Part shown: positions 52,380 to 64,000 of the stretch, piece after piece
How positions within the stretch are numbered: the stretch's first letter is position 1
Layout of the letters: every line of letters begins with the position of its first letter
Assembly: GCF_001194135.2 (NCBI RefSeq)
Contig: NC_068981.1
Coordinates: 141,994,733-142,058,732, forward strand
Source: Octopus bimaculoides
Lineage: Eukaryota
Length of the DNA: 64,000 nucleotides
Direction: 5' to 3'
The notes under the pieces: generated by a model
Databases searched by the model: none
Told to the model about the DNA's origin: nothing
The model's input: the letters and a program-made list of their open reading frames with translations, nothing else
Made by a program: the position numbers and the translations under genes

Positions 52380-52740
52380 TTATTGTTGCAAACACAGACC
52401 TGAGGTGTTGGGGATGGATTTAGTCAGTTAAGTCGTCCCCAGTATTTGACAAAATTTGCACATTAATGACCCTGGAGGGATAAAAGGCTAAAGTAACATC
52501 GGTTGGATTGGAACTCCGTTACAAATATCATAACCTATTTTTTCCGAGTTTCTGATAACTCTGGCAACTTACTTCTGATTATTATTATTATTAGTAGTAG
52601 TAGGAGGAGCAGCAGCAGCAACAATTATTTACTTAAGGCATGAGGCCAGGAAATTGAGAGTGTGGAATAATCGACCCCAGTACTTGACTGGTGTTTGATT
52701 TCATCAACCCCGGAAAATGAAAGGCAAACTTGACCGATAA
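52380..52740 (-). mobile_element. Two SINE family A 3' fragments (52380-52520, 52630-52740)
   Basis: atcgaccccagtacttgactggt...caaccccggaaaatgaaaggcaaa. Confidence 0.72.
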
Positions 52741-54061
52741 TATTAATGATAATAACACTAATGATGATGATGATGATAATCTGGTCATAATGATGGCACG
52801 TCGAAATACATCTCTATCAGCCAATGTGAAAAAAAACAAAACAAAACAAAAAAGAGATTAAATAAAATAAAGCAAGCAGTAAACGAGCTAAGGATAACGA
52901 TAACTAAAACATGAACAGCAAAAGTAAAGAGAAAAGAGATGGTACATTAGCAATGACAAAATTACCATGAAGTAACAAACACTACAGCACTAACAACAAA
53001 AACATTATGAAGAATAAAAGAAATCTCTGGCATCGATAGTCAACCATTAAGTGAATATTTATCATAATGCTGGGTAGCTGGCCATCATTTATACATTTAA
53101 TGTGTCAATGGTTCACGGAGTACTGTATGGAAGCTGTTATCTCATCTTCCTTACTTTCACGCTATGTCATTATCTATAACTTCCCCCAACCCACTTCTGT
53201 CATAAGCGTCTAGCTTTTTACTACTTGGCTCTAGCTGTCTACTTATTACATCTGAATGAATATCCGTGCGTATATATCTAGTTATATATGTACTTATGTG
53301 TGTTCTTTTTGTCTTCTCTTTCTCTTTCTCTCTCTCTCTCTCTCATACACACACACACACACACACACACATTTAAACTCATGTATTTATAGATATATAT
53401 ATACACTCATATAAGTATAGACGTTTCTATACGCAATAATAATTATATATATATATATACCTTCATACACAAACATACACATACATGCACTTACATGCAC
53501 CATCTACGTAATATATATTTGCATATATATTTACGTACAGATAAATATATAAACTCTCATATATGTATGGAGATGCGTGTGTGTACGTGCGCATTACTTT
53601 GTTTCCTGTCTGTGTACCTGTTCTACACTCTCTAAACACTTATACTGTTTCTGACATAAATTGCGAATCTCATTCAGTTTCTCGTTATTTGCTTATTTGT
53701 ATATATTTTGGTAGCATCCAGTCTTCTATCTTAATTTTCTCATTGTCATCGTATTCACCTTATAACCTTAATCGCCATTAAAAACGAGCCACCGAAAGAC
53801 CTTCTACTTGGGTGTCCGACCTCCGAGAAATAGAGGCCAAGTTTGTGTCAAATAACATCCGATCGTTTTAAACATAAAAGAATACTTTGGATAATGACTT
53901 TCTAAATGAACTATGGCTGAAAAAAATGGCGGAGTTTCGACTGGAACGCCTATGATAACGTAATTTGGCTATTTGATAAATAAAATTGTGTGTTAGATAG
54001 TGTACTGACTCATACATAAGGTCTAAAATTGAAACATTCACACACTCGTAGGCGCACATAT

Positions 54062-54165
54062 GCACACTCGCGTGTACTTGCGGAGATACTTTAACTTATT
54101 CAATTGATAGGATGTACGTACACTCACGTGTACATACATACTTAAACTTATTCAATTGATAGGAA
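54062..54165. repeat. Short direct duplication (atactt.aacttattcaattgatagga x2)
   Basis: Two near-identical 27-bp units, each preceded by cactc.cgtgtac. Confidence 0.8.
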
Positions 54166-54170
54166 GCCAA

Positions 54171-54219
<49 letters not shown>

Positions 54220-54713
54220 TTCCATATGTGCACACGTATACGACTAGCATTCTATACGTTCATAACCACACACACACAAGCGCACCAGACGTTACTTATA
54301 GCAAATCGACAGATGTAATTCCTCAAGTATTTTGAACATTTTTCTCTCATTTGTGTCCACCTCCTGTTATATGCATTCACGCACGCATAAACACAGACAC
54401 ACACTTGTATTCTATATATCAATCAATCATGCACACACAAACCTATACATACACACACTCACATAATGTAAAATGTGTACATATCTATGTATTGTATTTC
54501 CTTGTGCGTGTGTGCCATACAATAGGAGGGTAAAAAAAGATATTTGAAGTAGAGAAAGAGGTAAATACATTTATTTTAGGGTATAGTGAAAAGGGATCCA
54601 ATACGGGATTAAAAATGGTTATCGATCGCTGAATATATATACAGAAGCATGCATTTAAACACACACACACACACACGCCTACAAACACAGTTATGTAAAT
54701 CTCTTTCTTACTT

Positions 54714-54756
<43 letters not shown>

Positions 54757-55559
54757 ATGATATGGATAGATTCTCTAAAACTGAGAACAGAATATAATAG
54801 AAAATGAGAAAACACAATTACATATGAAATATAATAAAAAGTATATGAAAAGGTAATATAGGCAGTGATTTGAAATAAAAGCTAGTTTCTATCATATATA
54901 TATCATTCTAGTATAATGGGTTTCATATATATATATATAGACTTACACACCCACACATATTTCCACACAGTACTTTATTTCTCTCTCTCTCTCTCCTTCT
55001 CTTTCTCTCTCTCTCTATATATATTCTCTGTATCACTGATGTGTGTGTGTATGTGTATTAATGTAAATAGAAATAGAGAGGACAATATGTGAGGAAGAAA
55101 GGGAAAGTAGCAGATTAAGAAGACTGAATAAGGGAGTTAGACTGAGGGTTAGAGAATGGAATTAATGTTTCATTGCTAGATGTATGTTATGAATGTGGGA
55201 TTGAATAAGGTACGAAGCTATAGATTGAATAATCGAGCAAGTTATGAAATTGTATAAGAATCACCAGACAGAAAAATAATATTGAAAATGGAAAATGAAA
55301 TATCTTATATGTGTATGTATCAATGTGTTTGACAGTGTGTGCTTTTTTGTGTGTATAATATATAGTCATAGACGAGTTTAGGGAACCGAATAGTGTAATT
55401 TGCACACATATCGGTGTCAACGAAGCAAGTACAAAAATGAGTGCTTACCCTTTTACTTTATATATTATATTTCGGATATAGAAACGCTTCGAACATTAGA
55501 AAATGAAGACTAAGCTTAGCTCTAATTCCCACACAGATAGATTGGGATGTAAGGAGAGG

Positions 55560-55850
55560 TTCATGTGGGGATTGGTTGTATTAAACCTGTCGAATAAGTC
55601 TCGTAGGTCACTCCTGCTTTGCTGTTGTTCGGCTTTTGTATTTTAATAATTGCTTTTTCGATTGTTAATATTCAATATCCAGTTCTGTGTGTCTGGTGAT
55701 GATTGTGATGTGCTCGTCAGGTATTTATCGACATTAGAATCATTTATATGAATATATATATTTAAATGTGACACCGATGTAAAATATGCGGCATGTAGTA
55801 CAGTACATTAACCTATATATGCATTCCATCTTGTTCAAAGGGCAATTGGC
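55560..55850 (-). mobile_element. Penelope-like GIY-YIG endonuclease remnant
   Basis: CIYRLMYCTTCRIFYIGVT matches the VIYxIxCxxCxxxYIGxT signature. Downstream sequence is broken by stops. Confidence 0.68.
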
Positions 55851-55870
55851 CAGTGTGCATATACAAGGGA

Positions 55871-56070
55871 GTGTTGTAAATTCCTTGGCTTTAAGGGTAT
55901 CGCGAAAGGCCTGGCTGGAGGCCCAACCTTTCAAGTTCTTTTACAGGGCATAGAAAAGCTGAAGGCTCGCTGCAGTAAGTTAGTGAACCTTAGAGTGGAA
56001 TATCTCGAATAAAATCATAATTAACTGATCCTCCAGTGTGTTTTCCTTTACCTAAAGCCAGGTGTTCCCA
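55871..56070 (+). mobile_element. Mariner-derived MITE retaining the transposase C-terminus
   Basis: QGIEKLKARCSKLVNLRVEYLE* (like GIxKLxxRWxKCVxxxGxYxE). Imperfect TIRs ttccttggctttaagggt and acctaaagccaggtgtt. Confidence 0.75.
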
Positions 56071-57171
56071 GCATTCCGTCGTATATGCATACCGTTGAAG
56101 AACAAGAGCTGATTACGAAGGAGGCATTTCCACAGTGAGGCTGTGTAACCACTCACCTCTCTCGAAACAGCTGACGGATTGGAAGTGTGATCGTATCATC
56201 AATGTACTGCAGCTTCAGAAAGGGAACGTCCTGCTACAGGACGTTTTAAACTTTCTTTGAGGTTTATCACCAATCCTGTGTCGGAGGAAAAAAAGCTGGG
56301 TAGCCGTTATCGGTTCGCTACTTTTGCAAATGCCTGGTTTCTTCAGTTGTAGCCACTGCTTAACTGAATTTGTTAGTACGGACTCTTGTGAATATTTCGT
56401 GGAAAAAGTATCTCATTAATTAATTAACAAGTAGCAGTCTTGTATCATTGATGTTAGAGAAAAATGCGTTCTGCAGGATAATGTTAGAAAGTTGAGCAAG
56501 AAGTCATTAGTGGTACCCGCTTATGGACGTTCCACTATTGGTATACACTGGCCAGTCTTTGTTGACCAGCTGTGTGTAAACACAGGAAGTTGTATAACTG
56601 GCAATCCGAACGATATTCGATACCTCGTAGTTGCCATCAACGAGTCAAACTGATGTGTCCAAGCTCAAGTAGAAGCTAATACAGGTGATTTCATTTCGTA
56701 TGTTAGTGCCCTTTGCAACAGCTCATAGAATTGATCTGTAATGCCAGAACAGAGCCCAATTTGTAGGTTTCTGTGAGAGTTGATATTAACAAACCACCTT
56801 CCAGTCCTTTTCAGTAAGAGGTCCAGCAGAAATGCATATCTATGTGATAAGAGTGCCCCGGTTAGAAGTGAATATGGCTTTGCATCTCTTGGAATATTTC
56901 ATTTATATTGTTTGATTTTCCAAAATATGGGAATATTATGGTAATACGTAAAAGTGTTCACAAATTACACGTCTGTGATATGGAACTCAATAATATAAAA
57001 TGTTCCTCAGCCAGAAAACCTACCAGAAAGTGCCGTAACCAAGATATCAAAAGCACAGACGCTAAATTATACATCTGAGCATTCAAAAAATTATTAAAAT
57101 TGGAATATCGGGGTCAACACCGGACAGATGCTAAGCAAAACTAATACGGCTAATTTAACTCTGTTCCTCAG

Positions 57172-57216
57172 AAGTTTGATAACCATTATAGTCGCACTTA
57201 TTTACGTGAAGCAGAG
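57172..57216 (+). CDS. Candidate 45-nt exon (KFDNHYSRTYLREAE or SLITIIVALIYVKQ frame)
   Basis: Branch-like ctaat, acceptor aactctgttcctcag, donor GAG/gtaaaa. Unconfirmed. Confidence 0.25.
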
Positions 57217-57649
57217 GTAAAATCAGTGCAATTGTTCTCTTGGAGCAGACATTTTTCTAAGTTCAAATAATGTAACATAAGAAAAAAACTGAATCGTTTT
57301 TGTTTTGGTCTTGTCTTCCGTCCTTTGTTTTAAACTTGAATTGTAATGGTCTTTGCATAACATTTAATACTATTACAAATTTCTTTGTATAAATAAATCA
57401 TACTCTACTAATATAAATATACATACATACATACATGTATGTGTGTATGAGTTCGGGCGCCTGCGTGTATGTGTGTGATGGGGAGAAACAAAAGGAGAGA
57501 CTGTTTTAAAAAATAAGGACGTTTCAAGTCGATATGCATTCCAGGCTTTAAACACACCGCAGTGATTTACTTCATTCCAAACATTCTTGTATTCTACCCT
57601 ACCCGTCCCTAACTAGCTTTCCCTGGGTCTCTCTCCCTTTCTTTACACA

Positions 57650-57697
<48 letters not shown>

Positions 57698-58294
57698 NNN
57701 NNNNNNNNNNNNNNNNNNNNNNNNNNNNNNNNNNNNNNNNNNNNNNNNNNNNNNNNNNNNNNNNNNNNNNNNNNNNNNNNNNNNNNNNNNNNNNNNNNNN
57801 NNNNNNNNNNNNNNNNNNNNNNNNNNNNNNNNNNNNNNNNNNNNNNNNNNNNNNNNNNNNNNNNNNNNNNNNNNNNNNNNNNNNNNNNNNNNNNNNNNNN
57901 NNNNNNNNNNNNNNNNNNNNNNNNNNNNNNNNNNNNNNNNNNNNNNNNNNNNNNNNNNNNNNNNNNNNNNNNNNNNNNNNNNNNNNNNNNNNNNNNNNNN
58001 NNNNNNNNNNNNNNNNNNNNNNNNNNNNNNNNNNNNNNNNNNNNNNNNNNNNNNNNNNNNNNNNNNNNNNNNNNNNNNNNNNNNNNNNNNNNNNNNNNNN
58101 NNNNNNNNNNNNNNNNNNNNNNNNNNNNNNNNTATATATTCGTGTTACTGCACTGCACTCACAAGCACATATAATCATATTTATATATAATGAGATTATC
58201 TCTTTTCAGCAACATTCCAATCTATACTTAGTCGAACATTTATGTTACAAATGATGGCATCAAATAATTCATCGGAACATGTCCACACACGCAC

Positions 58295-58345
<51 letters not shown>

Positions 58346-58703
58346 GTAGGATAATGATATCTATCTCCAGTATATAAATATATGTATTCTCATACTCCTC
58401 CAATAAATAGCTATAATACACTTGATTCTAATACAAATGATCTTATTTAAGAATAGTGATGGGTGTCGAACTTTTTAGTTATAAGCATATGCTTGCGAGA
58501 GTATATGAGTCTGCAAATATATGTGTGTCTTGACAATGCATGTGTGTCTGTGTGCATATGCCACACTAATACTGTTCTCTGAAAAACATTTCTTTTTTTG
58601 AAGTTTCGAAAATATAGAATTTAAAATGCAATATATCTGCGCTACAGGCCTGTAATATCTTAGGTTCTTTTCTATCCATCCGTCTTTCTTTTGCGCCTAC
58701 TAT

Positions 58704-59030
58704 TCATGAGACGGTCATAGGAGTAGTCCTCAGGCATCTTCGCCATTTGGACTTATGACAAACAGCTGTAATTAGACTTTCCCGCAGGGTGCCCAAGAGA
58801 GACCAACTGAGACTATGGATATTTTGAAACCAATCTCGTACTTCTTCTACTGTTAGGTCTCCTGTTGAGTGGCTAGCCTTGAAGTATCCGACTTGCGATC
58901 CTTTCCTGCAACATTTGTTAATTACACGTCTGTAGTATTTGACCTGTAATCTCTCAATATGGAGAAGTAGTAGTTCGACCTGGAAAGAATCCCTGATCAC
59001 CGCGTAGCACACCACAGATACCTCCGATAT
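58704..59030 (-). mobile_element. RTE LINE ORF2 C-terminal remnant
   Basis: IRDSFQVELLLLHIERLQ...DW...SLSWSLLG...WRRCL..TP (like RTE IRExLxVEPLLLHIERSQLRW...W..LG...W..LL...P). Confidence 0.75.
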
Positions 59031-59539
59031 ACATTTTTCATACACAGAGATACCCACATTTCACATCCACCATACACACGTGCGCTTATGTGTGTGTATA
59101 TATATATATATATNNNNNNNNNNNNNNNNNNNNNNNNNNNNNNNNNNNNNNNNNNNNNNNNNNNNNNNNNNNNNNNNNNNNNNNNNNNNNNNNNNNNNNN
59201 NNNNNNNNNNNNNNNNNNNNNNNNNNNNNNNNNNNNNNNNNNNNNNNNNNNNNNNNNNNNNNNNNNNNNNNNNNNNNNNNNNNNNNNNNNNNNNNNNNNN
59301 NNNNNNNNNNNNNNNNNNNNNNNNNNNNNNNNNNNNNNNNNNNNNNNNNNNNNNNNNNNNNNNNNNNNNNNNNNNNNNNNNNNNNNNNNNNNNNNNNNNN
59401 NNNNNNNNNNNNNNNNNNNNNNNNNNNNNNNNNNNNNNNNNNNNNNNNNNNNNNNNNNNNNNNNNNNNNAATCATCTATATATATATATATATATATATA
59501 TCTATATTCAATATTTAATTGTGTACATCATATCTAACA

Positions 59540-59592
<53 letters not shown>

Positions 59593-59610
59593 TATATATT
59601 AGTGTATCTG

Positions 59611-59802
59611 TGTTTGTCTCCCTACCATCGCTTGACAACAGATAGTGGAGCGTTTACGTCCTCGAAAATTAGCGGTTCGGCAAAAGAAAGCGATAGAATA
59701 AGTTCTAGGCTTACAATGATGAATGTCGTGGGGTCGATTTGTTCGACTAAAGGCGGCATTCCAGCATGTTCACAGTCAAACGTACTGATACAAATAAAAG
59801 AA
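59611..59802 (+). mobile_element. SINE family B 3' half
   Basis: ccatcgcttgacaac...agcggttcggcaaaaga..cgatagaataag...ggtcgatttgttcgactaaaggcgg...ccagcatg. Confidence 0.88.
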
Positions 59803-62800
59803 TTAAATAATAAAATAATGTGTGTATATGTTTGTTATTATTGTGTTTGAGATTGATTTTCTTGAAGGGGCATCCTGATTACACCAGAAAGAGACATAAC
59901 CTTTCAGATTTTGTTATTAAATATTTTCTGCTACCTATTAATGAACACATATGCATGCTCTACACAAACGAGCATACATATTGATCTTTGTGTTTTCGAG
60001 GACGTACAACTTGGAAGTACGTAAGAAAATACATCTTGAAGTCATTCGTGCGTTACAAATTATCATTAAAGTATAAATTCTGAAAGAGTATAGTTATTTA
60101 CAAGCTGCGTATGTAAGGCAGAAAATAACCCATACTGTATTGCCAATTTATTTTCAGTTCTCTTTTTTTCCTCTGTTTTTCAAATATTTTATGAATCTTT
60201 CTCGTAAAATAATAACAGAAAAATAGCACGTTCCCTGCATGCGATTAGTTTCAAACCCTAACACAATATGCTCGCGTTGAAAGGAATGAATTCTGGCTTG
60301 GATCCAAACACGCAGAATGCAGCATATTTTTTTACGAGGAAACTTCAAAGACGAAAATGTAACGCAATCGCGTGTTTATTTGGTAATTTTCTGTCGTTTC
60401 GTTGTATGCTGTTCAAGAATTTTTGTGTATATTGCCAATAGGAGTCGAGAGAAAACGGTGAAATACATTCCTATCACTTGCACCAGGCTCTTCAGTGGAC
60501 TTTGCTATACGCTAACGAATAATTTGTTTATTATTCATAGCTCCAGCTGTTTGTATGAACATAGTGTTTGTTATAAACTCTTGTCAGAATTATTCATGTA
60601 GAGTAGGCATGATCGGTTGCTAAGGCGAATGTTTTCAGTTATATTATTTTATTAGTTTGTCAATGAAGTGGGATATATATTCATACTGTTTTAATCAATA
60701 AAAATACGTTTCCAAGGAGACTAAAGATGCCCGGCAAGGGAAGCGCCCTCTCCACCTCACTGTTTGTGGTCATCAATTAAGCTTCTGTCCGATCCGATTT
60801 GGTGTTTGAGCTTCCTAGCGATATTTCTAAGTCACCTATTGCCTCTCCATGTGTAACTGGTCGACATTTTTTTTCTGTGAAAAAGCTTTCACTTTTACAA
60901 TGTTTAGCATAAATATCTGAAAGAAGAAAAGAAAATTTAGTACAGGAGATTCTTGTTTTGATGATGAAAGATAAGGCAAATCGTTTCTAGTTTAGAATAG
61001 CAAAGTCAGTTTTAGTGAAGAGAAATAAAGAAGTACTACATCTGTGAGTTAGATGCTGTAGTGAGAGTTTTAGTGCGTACCCTGTCAATCAGCAAGTTGA
61101 TTAGTATTCATTTCATAGTTGTCTGGGATAATTTTCCATCTAGCACTAGAACTGCCCAAAATATTAGGGCAGTACTCCAATGAGTCTCAAATCTCAGCCA
61201 CTGACTAGGATGAGAAGATTTCATGGGTTTGAAAGTACATAAGGGTAGTCATGGCTGTATAAGTAACATATTTGTTTTGAAAACTACGTAGTATGTCGTT
61301 TGATTCCAGTGCACAGTATCTAGGATACTGTATGTGTGGTCGGCTATAGTCTTGTATACGCTAAAATTTGTAAGTAGAATTTGGCAGATGGAAATTATGC
61401 GAAATCACGTTCTGTCTGTCTGTCTGTCTGTTGATCAGCGTGTGTCCGTGTGTTACGCACACGCACGCGCACTTATATATACAGTGTCCGCGTGTGACAG
61501 AATAATCTGTGCGACGAACAAACACTATATTATATCGCATTACCTCAATATAAATCATCTTTACACCTAGTCGACTTTGCTTTTCTTCATTTAAGTGAAT
61601 ATTAAAATAAGAAACAGATAAAGTGCTGTAATCGATATTCGATATAATCTACTAATAATCCTTTAAATCAATACTCAATCATCGCCGTATTCCAATGATT
61701 GAAACCAATGACAAAAGAAAGAATTGCTACTCCGTACTAATTCTTGATTTCTTAGATTCTGCAATTAACAGTTGGACAGTTGTGATGAAAATTCTAGTGA
61801 TGTTTCAGATCAGCAACAATATTGTCAATAATGTATTAATAAATAATTTAGTGGACCTCGATGTTATTGCTGAACTGGAGACAGCTGAGTGGAGGGACTG
61901 ACTTTCTTTTATATACACATACGTATAGAGCTTATGCATGTGAATGAAAAACCAGAGCAGAGGGCGAATAATAAAAGAAAATACATAATGCTTAGTTAAA
62001 GTTGTTTAATCTAATACTTTTCGGACTAGTGTTGTAATTGTGGTAAGTGAAGTGCGAGGGAGAAAATAACCTAGATGTACACTGGAAGCTGCTTTGTGAG
62101 GCTTGAAACAATGAGACACTTGGAATTTGCTGAAGTCTTTGTGATCTCCTTTCGGTGGCATATAAAGATTTTATCTCATAGAACAAATTTTAGGTAAAAA
62201 TTACACAGAAATTCTCACTTGACAAACACTGGGTGTTACTTGTGTTGTGATATAAATCGCAGAATTTTCAGAGAGTTGATCAGACCAATTCAGTATCTGC
62301 TTACACGCTCAGCTACACTTTACAGAAGTCATCGTTATTTGAAGTAAGGCTTTGGCCAAGTGGCAATAGGCTAATAATATATTTTTTAATGTTTAAATGC
62401 AATGATGAGTCCGCATTTTCAATGTTTAATCGAAACCATTGCATATGCCTTCAGTTCCATTTAAAAAGTTATGCCAAACATCTGTATCGGAGATAAATGA
62501 AAAATATCAAACTCACCGCCTTTCCTTCAGTGATAAATTCATTGTAAAAAAAAGAAAAAAATCACTTCGGAAGGTATGAATACCACATATTTCATTTATC
62601 CTCGTCCAGAAAGATATTTTTAGCTCGAGATGAAAAATTAATGAAGATAAAAAATAATTGAGAAATTGTGCTAAAGAGTTACTCTTTAACAGTGCTAACG
62701 CAGATTAGAGTTAGTTAGTATTACTCATATCAATATTAATCTATTACTTTCATTATATTTCACACCATTCACAAAACTTGTGTTTTCTATACTTTTATTT

Positions 62801-63404
62801 ATCTATTTATCTATTTATTTATTTTTGCTGCAAAAGCTGTTGTTTTTTCATTTCAACAACTGTGACTCTCTGGTGTATAACAATGACTGATATAGCTGTC
62901 GATAAGATGGCGTATTATGCTGGTAATTATCTCGCTAAATATTACGACTACCACTACATTGAGGAGAATATAATATGGGGGGGGGGTTGTTTGTGTTTTA
63001 TTCCTTTATCTATTTTATTTCATCTTTAGATATTTTTGTTGTTGTTTTAGTTATTTCCTTCCTTTTGCTTTTGTTTCATTCTTGTCTCTTATGTTGCTGC
63101 TGATTTTGTCGTTGAGGCTGTGTCTAATTCACTTGGCAACATTGATGGTGGACATTACAATCATGGCGTAATGTTGAAATCAATGGCGACATGTAGTAAT
63201 GAAGGCAACAACAACACAACACACACGCACACACATCTATTACACGGAAACAATAACAAACAACAAAACAAATATGAAAACAATAACGATTGAAAAAATA
63301 ACCCCAAAACATATTCAAAACAACGATGGTTACAAAAACAGTAAAAGCAATGTTCACGCGATAATAGGATAGCAGAAGTGTATCCCTTTCCCCCACCCCC
63401 AGTA

Positions 63405-63472
<68 letters not shown>
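63405..63472. repeat. (ATCT)n / GATA microsatellite
   Basis: Direct reading. Confidence 0.97.
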
Positions 63473-64000
63473 AAGGCGTGACATCTCGGATACGTAGACA
63501 AAGAAGTCTGTTAGAGAAAGTATTAAATTGATCCCATTCTCATATAGATGATTGATAATTAAAGGAGAATTAAAAGATTCTGATTATTACAGGATGAAAC
63601 AAAGAGGATGGGACATAGAGAGAAGAGAAAGAGCATGAACAAAGAGTAAAGCAAAAACGCAGACGACAGAAATAGGTCTTGGTAAATTAGGAGACAAAAT
63701 ATAATTACAGCCAGTGAAGACAAAACAATCGACGAATTCGAATTTTGAAACAAAGCTGGGCGTATTAATACGAAGAGTAATATGAGAGAGACAAAAGAGT
63801 TATAGGGAGGTAGTGAGAGAGAAGGGAGAAAGAGAGTAAAAACGTGAGTGTCCCAGGGCTGTTTGGTCATTTAGTATCGGGAACACAGCTTTCATTTTAA
63901 TGTCTACGTTTATTTGATGCTTAAAGCTAAGTTTTAAGGTAATAAAACTGAATTCACTTTAATAAAATAAATTTTGAGTTCCGAAAATGAATGTTATATG

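Noticed and set aside
56226-56246. 9-bp hairpin aacgtcctg-cta-caggacgtt
   Set aside because: Short enough to occur by chance in 64 kb, with no associated feature.

Overview
AT-rich eukaryotic, repeat-dominated, essentially non-coding (intronic or intergenic) DNA from a short-read draft assembly, with 17 N-gaps totalling about 4.1 kb, nearly all flanked by (TA)n/(CA)n. The SINE families, microsatellite density and gap pattern resemble an octopus (cephalopod) genome; this is recalled pattern recognition, not a search result. No complete protein-coding gene, rRNA, true tRNA or CRISPR array is supportable, and most entries in the ORF track are microsatellite or N-gap artefacts. Supportable content: about 25 copies of one tRNA-derived SINE (family A); about 10 pieces of a CORE-like SINE with an internal microsatellite (family B); an RTE-tailed SINE half; a fourth interspersed repeat; two RTE LINE remnants; two Penelope-like (GIY-YIG) remnants; a fold-back mariner derivative; a mariner MITE; and a pogo/Tigger-like MITE. 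The most interesting signals are three hammerhead-ribozyme motifs. One lies downstream of a palindromic pair of tRNA-like Pol III promoters (39999-40439). The other two form an outward-facing pair at the ends of a 376-bp fold-back (49939-50320). Several splice-site-bounded short open segments may be exons of an unidentified large-intron gene, but they cannot be confirmed. Repeat boundaries are approximate (within roughly 10 bp).
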